Notes under the pieces: model-generated
Database searches by the model: none
What the model saw: only the letters and a program-made list of their open reading frames with translations
Told to the model about the DNA's origin: nothing
Part shown: one piece after another, positions 21,294-33,309 of the stretch
How positions within the stretch are numbered: the first letter of the stretch is position 1
Layout of the letters: each line of letters begins with the position of its first letter
Program-made: the position numbers and the translations under genes
Source: an uncultured Verrucomicrobiae bacterium
GTDB taxonomy: Bacteria > Verrucomicrobiota > Verrucomicrobiia > Chthoniobacterales > UBA10450
Assembly: GCA_963784865.1 (NCBI GenBank)
Contig: CAWATC010000012.1
Span: 15,578 to 79,577 of the forward strand
DNA length: 64,000 nt
Direction of reading: 5' to 3'

Positions 21294-21383
21294 CGAATCA
21301 GGAAAGCAGGAAAAACCCGACTGCGAACGATTAGCGAGGCGACTCTTCAGTTTCTTCTTCCTGCTTTCCTCATTTCCTGATTC
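21294..21383. repeat. Imperfect palindrome built from a dispersed motif (CGAATCAGGAAAGCAGGAA ... TTCCTGCTTTCCT[CATT]TCCTGATTC)
   Basis: The left arm is 21294-21312 and the right arm is 21358-21383, in the GNAT/M50 intergenic region. A second copy of the motif lies at 44702-44724. Confidence 0.6.
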
Positions 21384-21444
21384 ATCTCGTTTTCAGTTAT
21401 TGGCAGTAGCGGAGAAGTGCGGGCCAGCCGACTTTGACGGCCAC

Positions 21445-22152
21445 ATGCAAAGCGGATCGATTCGTTTGTTTCAAATCTCGGGAATCACGGTCTATCTGCA
21501 TTTCAGTTGGTTCTTCGTTGCCGTTTATCAGATCACGCGGCCGAATGCGTATCATTCGCCGGTTTTCGCGTTCTATGAATACCTGGGGCTCTTCGCGCTC
21601 GTTTTGATGCACGAATTCGGGCACGCGCTCGCTTGTCGGAGGTGGGCGGGCATGCGGAGCAGATCGTCCTTTGGCCATTGGGCGGCATTGCCTTCGTGAG
21701 TCCGCCGCCACGCGCCGGGCGCGATGCTTTGGAGTATCGCCGCCGGGCCGCTGGTCAACGTGGTCTTGGCGCCAGTGCTGGAGGTTCTCTTCTCCTTCGT
21801 CCGCTACAACGGCTGGGCCTACCACGCCCCCGATGCCTTCACGCTGGTATACTGGATTCGCACGATCAATCTCATGTTGCTCGTCTTCAACCTGCTCCCG
21901 GTCTTTCCGCTCGATGGCGGCCAGATTCTGCGCGCGCTTCTTTGGTTTCCGCTTGGCCGAATCCGGAGCTTGCGGATCGCGACATTCATCGGCCTTCTGG
22001 GCGGCGCTGCCCTCGCGCTTTACGCCTTCTCGATCGGTTCAATGTGGGTCGGCATCATGGCCTTCTTCCTCCTCAGTCAGGCCTGGGCCGGATGGCAACA
22101 TGCCGGCGCCCTTGCTGCCGAGGACCGGGAAGCGATTCGAGCTGCGCGGTGA
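21445..22152 (+). pseudogene. M50-family (site-2 protease-like) metalloprotease, frame-disrupted by a compensating pair of shifts
   Basis: 'HEFGHALACR' (frame 1), then 'VGGHAEQIVLWPLGGIAFVSPPPRAG' (frame 0), then 'MLWSIAAGPLVNVVL...NLLPVFPLDGGQIL' (back to frame 1). Confidence 0.7.
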
Positions 22153-22174
22153 GACGGAGCGAGCGTCCGATGCT

Positions 22175-24861
22175 TTAGCCGCGCGGTTGCGCGACCGAGT
22201 CCCAACTCGCGATCTCACCGGCGAGCCGTTTCTTGAATTCAGCGCGGAAGCTGACTTCATCCACGGCCTTTTCGACCGCCTTGGCTGCGGCCGGGGGCAG
22301 ATTCGATTTGGCGTAAGCCTGCAATTCGGCGACCCGCGCAGTGTCGGAGAAGAAGGTGAACAAGTTCGGCGCGTAACTGTTCACCCCGAGCGCGTCCGCC
22401 TTGGCGAGGAGCTGCTTCATGTGTGCTTTCGCAAATTGCCACGCCAGTTCCGGATGCTCGCTTTCCCGCGCCACCTTCGCGACGAGGTACAGTTGCACGA
22501 CTCGTCGGCAATTCGTTCGTCAAGCGATTTGCAGGGTGCGCTGCGACGAGCTTCGGATCGATCGCGGCCAGAGCGCTTCGTAGTAATTTTGTTTCTCCTC
22601 GATGCTGGTCGTTTTCAGTCCCAGTTCATGCAGTTGCTTCCAGGTCTGCTCGTCGGCGTGATCCGCCGGTCACCTGCAAGACCGGCGCGCGCAGATCGGG
22701 CGGAAGCGATTCCGGTTTGGCGAGAAAGCGCGCGAAGCGGTCGCGACATCCGGCGATGACGTCGCGGTCGTTCAGACTGCCGAGCGCAGTGATCAGGCTC
22801 GCGCGCAAGGTCGCGATGGCGTGCCGGTTCACCGCTCTTCGGTTCCCAACCGACTTCGTCAAAGCTCGGTCGCAGAATGGAACGCGCATATTTTTGAAAC
22901 TGGTCACGCTTGGGGTCGCCGATCATGAGTCGATTGATGTAATCGAACGCGGTCATGATCTGCTCGCGTTCGGCCAGCTCCGTGCGCGTGGGAAGTTTCT
23001 CGACCAGATCGAGATAAAGCGAAAGCGGCGCGCGATTCGCCTGCACCAGCGCCCAGGCGTCGCTCAGGAGATTGACCCGGTCCGGCGTGCTCATCTTCGG
23101 CAATTCGGCGAGGAGCAGTTTCCAGGAAGCCTCGTCGTATTGGACGCGATAATTTCCCGCGCCTTCGACGTTGAACTTCACCGCGCGCTCAGCGGGAATG
23201 TCGGCGAGTTCCATCGTCTTCGATGTCATCAAGATACTGACCGGCGTGGCCGATCCGGCGACCGAATAGGTGAGGGGAATTTTCCATTCCAAAGCCGGAG
23301 CGTTCGGGAAATGAACGGTGAAACGCTCCTGCGTGAGCGTGACATTGCCGCTCGCATCGCGCGTTACCTGCACGACCGGGAAACCGGGTTGCTCCGTCCA
23401 ACCGGCGGCGATCTCCCCGACCGGTTTGCCCGAGGCTTCGCCGAGCGCATTCCAAAGATCGGCCGTGGTGGTGTTCGAAAATTTGTGACGCGCGATGTAT
23501 TTGCGAATGCCGTCGCGGAAAACTTCTTCGCCGAGGAAAACTCTCGAGCATGCGGATGAACGACTGCCCTTTCTGTAGGTGATGTCGTCGAAGGCGCTGT
23601 TCGCTTCCGCTTCGGTGGCGATCGGCTTGCTGGATCGGATGGGTCGTCGAGCGCGCGTCGCCTTCCATCGCCGCTTCCTTCGGAATGCCGCCGCGCCGGG
23701 TCGGATCGCGCGGGATGGCGCGCTGCAGCCACACCTCCCACTCCGGATTGAACTTCGCGGTGCACTTCGTTCCCATCCAGGAGGCGAATCCTTCGTTCAG
23801 CCAAAGATTGTCCCACCAGGCCATCGTGACGAGATCGCCGAACCACAGGTGCGCCATCTCGTGCGCGATCACTTCGTAGATACTCTGCTTGCGTTTCGGC
23901 CGAGGAATTCTCCGGATCGAACAGGAGCGCCGATTCGTAGTAGGTGATGCCGCCCCAGTTCTCCATCGCGCCGCCGAAACCGCCGGGGATCGCGATCTGA
24001 TCGAGCTTCGGCAGCGGATACGGCACGCCGAAGTAATCGTTGTAGTAATTGCAGAATCTGCGCGCGCACTCTCGAGCGCGTAACGACCCATCTCCGCTTT
24101 GCCTTTCGTCGTCGACGACGCGTGGAGTCACGCCGTCCGCTCTCGTTCTCGATCGCGTCCAGCTCGCCCGCGCAAAAGACATTGAGATACCTCGACATCG
24201 AAGGGCGTGATCGCGAAGCGCACTTCCTTGCCGCCGGCGACCTTCTTTTCCCTCTCGACCGGCATGTTGGAAACGGCGATAAAATTTTCCGGAACGACCG
24301 CGGTCAGTTGAAAGCGCGCGCGGAAGCTCGGCTCATCCCAGCAGGGAAACATGCGGCGCGCATCGGTCGCTTCGAATTGCGTCCCGAGCATGACTTTCTT
24401 CGCGCCCGTTCCCTGCTCCTGATAGCGCGCGTAGATAGAGTCCCTGTCCTTGCTGATTGATCTTGCCCGCTGAAAGTGAGCGCCAGCGTGTGCGCGCCGG
24501 CGGCAGCTCGTTCGGCAGCGTGATCGTCAGCGTTTCCTGCTTCGGATCGAGCTTGATCGCCGCTTCGCGGAAGCGGTTTTTCGTCGACCGACGCGCTCGT
24601 GATCTGCAGCTCGAGCGCGTTGAGCACCAACTCGCGCACCGGTTTGCGCACGTTGAGCTTGACCGTTTCCGAGCCGGTGAAGGTGAGCTTCTTCAGGTCC
24701 GGCGCGATCCGAATCGCGTATTCTTCCGGCACGACCTCCTTGGGAAGTTTTCCCGGCGTGGTCGCGAAATCGAATGGCTTCTCTGCGTTCACGCTGGAGA
24801 GGATTGCAAACGCGAATGTCAGGCCAGACAGCAGAACGGAAAGCGAGCGCATCCGGCTCAC
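22175..24861 (-). pseudogene. pepN: M1-family aminopeptidase N with an N-terminal signal peptide, frame-disrupted (about 6 or more shifts)
   Basis: '[13 protein letters not shown]', '[33 protein letters not shown]' and the signal peptide 'MRSLSVLLSGLTFAFAILSSVNA' are present. Six ORF fragments tile the span. Confidence 0.8.
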
Positions 24862-24930
24862 TTAACATCGCTTTGGCGCGTCCGCTTTGCGCACGCGCCG
24901 GATTTCGCAGTCGAGCCGACTCGAACCTCG

Positions 24931-25923
24931 CTACTGCACCACGAGCAACAGCAGCAATTGTCCGTCACCGACCTGCGGACCGCTGATCACGAGCGGACTG
25001 CTCTTGCTCAACTTCGCGTCGGTTTCGAGCAGCAACTTCTCGTCCTGAAAAAACTGCAGATTGAGCAGATAACCTGAATCGCGTCTGCGCCTTTCGAATC
25101 GACGTGGAGCGAGAAATATTTGCTCGACGCCAGCCAATCTTCGTCGCCGGTCTTGCAGCGTCTTGCGCGATTGGCCGATGACCTCGAATTGATTGTAGCC
25201 AAACAACTGCTTGAGCGTGCCTTCGAGCCCGCTCAGCTTCGGCCGGAATCGGCGTCGGGCTCCGGCACATTGTTCGCCATGACCAGGCCGCTCCAGACCG
25301 TCTCGCGCGCCCGCGCACGACGCCGCGCTGCCAAGATCGGCAGCAAGGCCATCACGGCGAGAGCAGGAGGAACGAATGGCGCATGGACGAATTACTTGGC
25401 GGCGTATTCGGACGGCAACGATTGCAAGCCGTCCACCCAGAGCACGGTGACCTTGTCTTCCTTCGCTTCGAAACATCGAGATCGTCGCATTCGGGCTCAC
25501 GTCCGGGATCGACCCGCGCATTCAAGATCTGCGTCAGGTACTGCGATTGATCCGGTGGCTCGGCTTCTCGCGCATGACGAAAAATGTGCAGACGGCGAAA
25601 GATGGCGAGCGACGTCGCGCCCGTCCAAAGCAGACGGCCAATCGACCACCAGCGTTTCGCGCGCGCGCGGCTCGACCGGCGCGAGTTGCCGGGCTGCATT
25701 CTGCGGCGATCCGCTCGCGCAGCTGATGATGGAAGAATTCCTCGTTGCCCATCGCGCGGCGCGCGCAGTTGCTCCTTCAGGAATGCACCGAGTTTCTGCG
25801 CGTCCTGCTTTCTCCGCTTCGGCCGCGGCCTTGTCCGGCAGCGACGCTTCGAACTCGGCGAGCTCCTTGCCCGCTCAGCTCGCCGTCGAGCCAGGCGGTC
25901 CACTTTTCCTCAAACGTTTTCAT
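24931..25923 (-). pseudogene. Putative membrane-anchored anti-sigma factor, frame-disrupted (several shifts)
   Basis: It starts 'MKTFEEKWTAWLDGELSG', overlapping the sigma-factor stop by 14 nt. A single TM-like segment 'WWSIGRLLWTGATSLAIFAVCTFFVM' is present. The C-terminal part, '...LLNLQFFQDEKLLLETDAKLSKSSPLVISGPQVGDGQ', is of unknown family. Confidence 0.45.
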
Positions 25924-26523
25924 AAACATCTCTCAACAGATTCTGCAGTTTCTTGCGCGCGTAGAACAGGCGCGACATCACCGTGCCGATGGAGCAACCG
26001 AGCGCTTCGGCGATTTCATGATATTGCATGTCCTCGATTTCCTTCATCAAAATGACGGCGCGATGTTCCGGCGAGAGCTGCGCGATCGCGGCGTCGATCC
26101 GGCCCCGGATCTCCGCCTGTTCCATCCGCTCGTGCGGGCAGCGCATCGGCCTTCGGGCACGGTGCGCGAGGCCGGATCGATCTCTTTCAGTTGAATCGCG
26201 TCGTCGAATTCCGCGCCGGTGCCTTTGACCTGCTTCTTGCGCAGCCAGTCAATCGTCACGTTCGTCACGATGCGATAGATCCAGGTGTAGAACGACGATT
26301 GCCCGCGGAAGCGGCCGATCGATTTCCACGCCTTCAGGAAGCTGTCCTGGGCCAGATCCCAGGCGTCCTGCTCGTTATGCACCATGTTGTAAATCATACC
26401 AAAAACTCGCGTTCGGTAGCGGCCCACCAGTTGGTCGAAGGCCTCGGTGTCACCGGCCTGGCATGTCTTGACCAGGTCGAGTTCCGAGACATCGGCCTGA
26501 GCCGCAGTCGCTTCCGTATCCAT
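25910..26523 (-). pseudogene. ECF (sigma-24 type) RNA polymerase sigma factor, frame-disrupted (one shift near 26150)
   Basis: Region 2 is 'FDQLVGRYRTRVFGMIYNMV...DAWDLAQDSFLKAW...FYTWIYRIVTN'. Region 4 is 'LSPEHRAVILMKEIEDMQYHEIAEALGCSIGTVMSRLFYARKKL'. Confidence 0.8.
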
Positions 26524-26567
26524 TATTTGGACGGGAGCTGGCCGCTAATTCATTCAACGCGTTTGGC

Positions 26568-27239
26568 CTAAAGGCTGCCGAAGCGCCGCAGCCATTCGCC
26601 GCGATATTCGCCCATCAGGCAGATAATGCCGTCGCGGACCTGGAAGAGCCGCTGTTGCAGGACGGCGTGCTGCCGCGGCGTGATGAGTCTCTCGGAGAGC
26701 AACTGCGCCGCGGCTTCCATCGAGACGGTGATCGCTTTCAGGGCGCGTTTGAGATAGGCGATCGTCATCCCGATTTCGTCGACATCGTCGTCGCTCAAGG
26801 CGGCGGCGAGTTTGGCGCTGGCCAGGGCGGAGTGCGTGGCGAGTTTGACCGCGGCGGGCTCGTTTTGCAGCGCGGCGGTCGCTCGTCGAAAAGTTGATCG
26901 ATCCAAACCGTCAGGGCGAACGCCGCCCGATAAAGACTGTGATCCTCGAAACTGTCCGCGGCGCGATTGCTCATCTGCGCTTCGCGCAGACTCCTCGGCC
27001 TCGCTGCCGGGCTCGATCCTCCGCGACAGGAGGGCATCGACTTCGTCGCTCCAGTCGTCGCTCTGCAGAAGCTGGGTCCAGCCCATTTCGCGCGCGATGA
27101 TCTGGTCGCGCTGCGGATGATCGAGGTACTTCTCGAGCAGCTCCATGTACTTCTCCGTCTTGTGGTCCTGCTGCTGGAGAAAACGCTCCCACTCGTATTC
27201 ATCCCACGCTCGGTCTGGCTCGTGATCGTAGCCGGACAT
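26568..27239 (-). pseudogene. Hypothetical protein, probably with a compensating frameshift pair in the middle
   Basis: 'MSGYDHEPDRAWDEYEWERFLQQQD...' is read in one frame. The central stretch reads better in another frame ('MSNRAADSFEDHSLYRAAFALTVWIDQLFDE'). No family was recognised. Confidence 0.4.
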
Positions 27240-27299
27240 GCTTTTCTTTATTCCAGTTCTTATGGCCGCGCAAAAAGGTTTTGCGCCGCCGTCCATCGG

Positions 27300-28439
27300 T
27301 TAGGCCACGAGCGGTGCGTCGGCGGGCTTCGACTTTCCGCCACGCTTTTTCTGGCTGATCTTCGCGTAGAGCGTCAGCGCCTGGCCCACCACCTGATCCA
27401 TGTTGTAATACTTGTAGGAAGCGAGCCGACCGACAAAATACAGTCCAGGCGTGTCGTTAACCAGCGCCTGGTATTTGGCGTTGATCTCGGCGTTCTGCGG
27501 TCGCGGAATCGGATAATACGGGTCACCTTCCGCCTGCGGGTATTCGTAGACGATGCTCGTTTTGGCGTGCTTCTGGCCGGTCAGATACTTGAATTCCGTG
27601 ACCCGCGTGTGGGGGACGTTTTCGTCCGGATAATTCACCACCGGGGCGGCCTGAAAAACTTCCTGATCGTGCGTCTCGTGCCGGAATTCGAGCGAGCGGT
27701 AGGGAAGTTTCCCGTAGCGAAAATCGAAGAACTCGTCGATCGGGCCGGTGTAGATCATCTCGCGATACGGCACTGAATCCTTCACCTCGCGATAATCCGT
27801 GCTCAGCTGAATGGTGATGTTTTCGTGGTCGAGCATCTTCTCGAACATGCGGGTGAAGCCGTGCAGCGGCATCGATTGATGCGCATCGGTGAAGTAGCGG
27901 TCATCGCGGTTGGTGCGCGCGGGGACGCGGGCGGTCACCTGCGAACTCAACTGCGATGGATCGAGGCCCCATTGCTTGCGCGTGTAGCCCCGGAAAAACT
28001 TCTCATACAACTCGCGACCCACCGTGCTGACGACCACATCCTCTGAGGTTTGAATCTGGTCCACCTTCTCCCTGGCAGACGCAAAGAATGCTTCCACGCC
28101 GGCGGAGTCCAGATTCAACCCATAGAGCCGGTTGATCGTGTCGAGGTTAATCGGAATCGGTAGCAATTGTCCGTCCACAAACGCGCGGACGCGATGTTCG
28201 TACGGTCGCCATTCCGTAAACTGCGAGAGGTACTCGAAGATCTCCCGCGAGTTTGTGTGGAAAATGTGCGGCCCGTATTTGTGCACCAGAACGCCCGCGG
28301 CGTCTGGGTGATCATACGCATTCCCGGCGACGTGCGGACGGCGATCGACGAGCAGAACCTTCTTGCCCCCATCCCGCGCAAGACGTTCGGCGAGGACGCT
28401 CCCCGCGTAGCCCGCACCCACAATCAAGTAGTCGTACAT
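27300..28439 (-). CDS. glf: UDP-galactopyranose mutase
   Basis: Intact 379-aa ORF with the FAD motif 'YDYLIVGAGYAGSVLAERLA' and 'YGPHIFHTN', typical of Glf. Confidence 0.9.
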   Translation of the reverse strand: MYDYLIVGAGYAGSVLAERLARDGGKKVLLVDRRPHVAGNAYDHPDAAGVLVHKYGPHIFHTNSREIFEYLSQFTEWRPYEHRVRAFVDGQLLPIPINLDTINRLYGLNLDSAGVEAFFASAREKVDQIQTSEDVVVSTVGRELYEKFFRGYTRKQWGLDPSQLSSQVTARVPARTNRDDRYFTDAHQSMPLHGFTRMFEKMLDHENITIQLSTDYREVKDSVPYREMIYTGPIDEFFDFRYGKLPYRSLEFRHETHDQEVFQAAPVVNYPDENVPHTRVTEFKYLTGQKHAKTSIVYEYPQAEGDPYYPIPRPQNAEINAKYQALVNDTPGLYFVGRLASYKYYNMDQVVGQALTLYAKISQKKRGGKSKPADAPLVA

Positions 28440-28578
28440 GACAGTTTTCCAAAACCAGCCTGACCCAAGTCAGCGCTGCCGGGTAGCGAAACTTTCCTCG
28501 CCGGAGCGGCGAAACGGCGGTCGCCTTTCCAGCGCTTGCGCTTTACTCCGCGGCTTCTACTGTGCCGCCCGACCCCCG

Positions 28579-29445
28579 ATGAACGACGTCCTGATCTCGA
28601 TTTTGCTCGGCGTCATCGAAGGCGTGACCGAGTTCCTCCCGGTAAGTTCCACCGCCCACCTCCGCATTACGGAAGCCTTGCTGCATCTGGACCTGCACGA
28701 TGGCTTCTGGAAGATGTACAGCATCGTCATCCAACTCGGTGCGATCCTGGCGCTGCCGGTTTATTTCCGCCAGCGGATCATCGATTTCATTGCCACCTTT
28801 CCCAAAGGGCAACGGGGTGATCGCACCATCTGGACGCATCCCTTGAGTCTGATCCTGATCGCATTCGTCGTCACGGCGATTCCTTCGTTCTTGTTGAAGA
28901 AGGAGATCGGGAAGAATCTCGAGAACCTCGTCGTCATGGGCTGGGCGCTTCTCATCGGCGGCATCGTCATGTGGGTGGTCGACGTGATGTGCCGCGATCC
29001 GCGCATTGGCCGGCTGGAGCTGATGAATCTGCCGCGCGCGATCTGGATCGGCGCGGTCCAGATTCTTTCGGCCGTTTTCCCCGGGACGTCCCGCTCCATG
29101 TGCACGATCGCGGCCGGGCAGGTGGCGGGCATGACCCGGGCGGCAGCCTTGGAATTTTCCTTCTTCCTCTCCATGCCCACGATGGTCGTGGCGACCGGCT
29201 ACGACCTGCTCAAGACCATCAGGCCACATCACGACGCGGTCGAGGCGGCCCTCGCGCCCGTGACGATGAACGCGCATGACTGGACAATCCTCGGGATCGG
29301 CTTCGTTGTTTCCTTCATCGTCGCGCTCGCCGTCGTCGCCTGGTTCATGCACTGGGTGCGGGCGCGTGGATTTGCGCCGTTCGCGATCTACCGAATCATC
29401 GTCGGGATTGCCCTGCTCGTGGCGGTTAGTCGTGGCCTGATCTGA
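28579..29445 (+). CDS. uppP: Undecaprenyl-diphosphate phosphatase
   Basis: The start 'MNDVLISILLGVIEGVTEFLPVSSTAHLRI' is the canonical BacA/UppP N-terminus. The protein is multi-pass membrane and the ORF is intact. Confidence 0.9.
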   Translation: MNDVLISILLGVIEGVTEFLPVSSTAHLRITEALLHLDLHDGFWKMYSIVIQLGAILALPVYFRQRIIDFIATFPKGQRGDRTIWTHPLSLILIAFVVTAIPSFLLKKEIGKNLENLVVMGWALLIGGIVMWVVDVMCRDPRIGRLELMNLPRAIWIGAVQILSAVFPGTSRSMCTIAAGQVAGMTRAAALEFSFFLSMPTMVVATGYDLLKTIRPHHDAVEAALAPVTMNAHDWTILGIGFVVSFIVALAVVAWFMHWVRARGFAPFAIYRIIVGIALLVAVSRGLI

Positions 29446-29455
29446 ACCCGTGCTC

Positions 29456-29920
29456 ATGGAGAACGAAGTCATTCTGCCCGACCTGCAAAGCTGTGTGCTC
29501 TGCGAAGACGTGCGCTGTGAATTCAACGGCATGCAGACCCTCGTCGGTGTCCTCAACGTCATTCCCACTCCGCAACTGCCGATCAATTACATGCGCCTCT
29601 GCATCTGGTCGCGCTGGTGCAGCGGTTCCGGAAAGTTCCGCCAGAAATCACGCATCGTCGGCGTGGACGAGCAGCAAGTCATCGCGCAAGCCGAGGTCGA
29701 GTTTGAGTTGAAGGAAATGGAAGGGCACGCCACCAACGTCCACTATTTCGGTGGCGTGCAGTTCCAGCAGTTCGGACTCCACCATGTGGAGATTTATCTC
29801 GAGAACGAGTTGCGCTTGCGCTTTCCGTTGCCCGTGGTGCGCATCGGGCCGCCAGCCGGCCGCCTAACGAGGCGCGCGGCCCCCGGGGTTGGGGAAATTT
29901 CTTGCAGCCCCAGCACTTGA
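29456..29920 (+). CDS. Hypothetical protein
   Basis: The ORF has good coding appearance ('LCEDVRCEFNGMQTLVGVLNVIP...HHVEIYLENELRLRFPLPV'). No family was recognised and the C-terminal tail is uncertain. Confidence 0.4.
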   Translation: MENEVILPDLQSCVLCEDVRCEFNGMQTLVGVLNVIPTPQLPINYMRLCIWSRWCSGSGKFRQKSRIVGVDEQQVIAQAEVEFELKEMEGHATNVHYFGGVQFQQFGLHHVEIYLENELRLRFPLPVVRIGPPAGRLTRRAAPGVGEISCSPST

Positions 29921-29992
29921 TTCTATTCTCACCGTCGGTCCCGAATGTGTCCGCCCCGGATGCGTCGGGACAATTTTTGTTTCTTTCATTCC

Positions 29993-31984
<1,992 letters not shown>

Positions 31985-32844
31985 GGCGCAAGATGCGAAC
32001 TCTGTCCCGATCACCTCACGATCGACCCTCTTCCCTGATCCGCCGAGCATCCGCAGTCCTGTGGACGAGCAACCCTCTCTCCAAGCCGTGATAGACGAAA
32101 ACATATTCGCCTTTAAAGACGAACCGTTCTTCCAATACTCGTTAGGCCTTCGAGCGTTCCCGACGCATGCAAGCGTCACGCATCTCCGCAGGCCTGCTGC
32201 GCTGTCGCTGCTCGGCGCGCTGACACTCGCTTCGACCGGAGCCTTGTCAGCCAGTGCGCGGTTCATCGGCATCGCGTCATTCGAACTCGACATCTCGCTG
32301 CATCGAGCAGTACTGCGTGCACCACCGACGTGCGATCGTTCGCGGCTATCGATGAGCGAGTCACGACAGCTTGCGCAACCAGACTGATCGAGGTCGGCCA
32401 CTCCGTCACGTGCTAGTCGGACCGATCACGCCGCATGTGGCCGCGCATGTTCGTCCTCAGCCGCGACGCAAAGTGCTGGCGCATCAGGACGATCGAACGA
32501 CTCTCGCAATCGGCACGGCAGATGGACTCGGGCGCAAGGTCACTTCACCGCCGGCGAAGTCACAGTTGACGTTCTCACGGCACAGTCGCATCACCGCATC
32601 GATGCCTGGGACGGCACGCCGCCTCGAGCGAGCGCGTTGACACGCTGCGCTGTCGGCTACGTTCGCGACATAAACCGTGAAGGACAGTGAGCGGCTAACC
32701 AGTCACGGAGCCGACGTGGCAGCCGTCAGGCAGTTAGAGTCGGTCTGTGAATCTCGGCATTTTGCTCGACCGCTGCGTCGCCCGTGAAGTAGAACTCGGG
32801 GATGCCTGGCATTCGGCTAAAGTTGCGCCACATTAGCGCCCGCG

Positions 32845-33210
32845 ATGCACAGGCACGGAATCACAGTCGGAATCTTGCTGGCCGTCTCTCTTGCGACCGC
32901 CGGTGCGGCCGAGAGAGCGTGGTATGGCTTCCACATCAAGCCGGAGACCGCCGGCTTCCCGTTGAATCCGATTGTTAAGTCGGTGGTGATCGACAAGGTG
33001 AAGTTGAATTCGCCAGCCTCAGCCCAAAACATCCGTGTCGGCGACGAGATCATCGAGGCGGAAGGCAAAGTTGTCCCCGGCACCCGAGCCATTCAACTCT
33101 ACTTCCTCCTGAGCAAGGAACCGGGAAACGTCCTGCACCTGCGGCTAAAGCGAGCCGACGGGGAGAGCTACACCGCCGCCGTGCGGGGAATCAATAAGCC
33201 GGGCGCCTAA
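32845..33210 (+). CDS. Small secreted PDZ-domain protein
   Basis: The signal peptide is 'MHRHGITVGILLAVSLATAGAAE'. A PDZ-like segment 'SPASAQNIRVGDEIIEAEGKVV' is present. Confidence 0.6.
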   Translation: MHRHGITVGILLAVSLATAGAAERAWYGFHIKPETAGFPLNPIVKSVVIDKVKLNSPASAQNIRVGDEIIEAEGKVVPGTRAIQLYFLLSKEPGNVLHLRLKRADGESYTAAVRGINKPGA

Positions 33211-33270
33211 CGAGTGAGCGTGCCGTCACGCTGTTGCACCGGCGTGGCGGACGCTCTGACTTGGGTGCCT

Positions 33271-33295
33271 GGAGCGCACGACAAGCGTGCGCTCC
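33271..33295. terminator. GC-rich hairpin between convergent genes (candidate bidirectional terminator, no U-tract)
   Basis: GGAGCGCACG-acaag-CGTGCGCTCC forms a perfect 10-bp stem. It lies between the PDZ gene stop (33210) and the acs stop (33310). Confidence 0.3.
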
Positions 33296-33309
33296 GGACG
33301 TGCGACCGC

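Noticed and set aside
28543-29586. 347-aa minus-strand ORF
   Set aside because: It is antisense to uppP, whose canonical BacA N-terminus lies on the plus strand. The translation is a monotonous D/R/G/H-rich shadow ORF.
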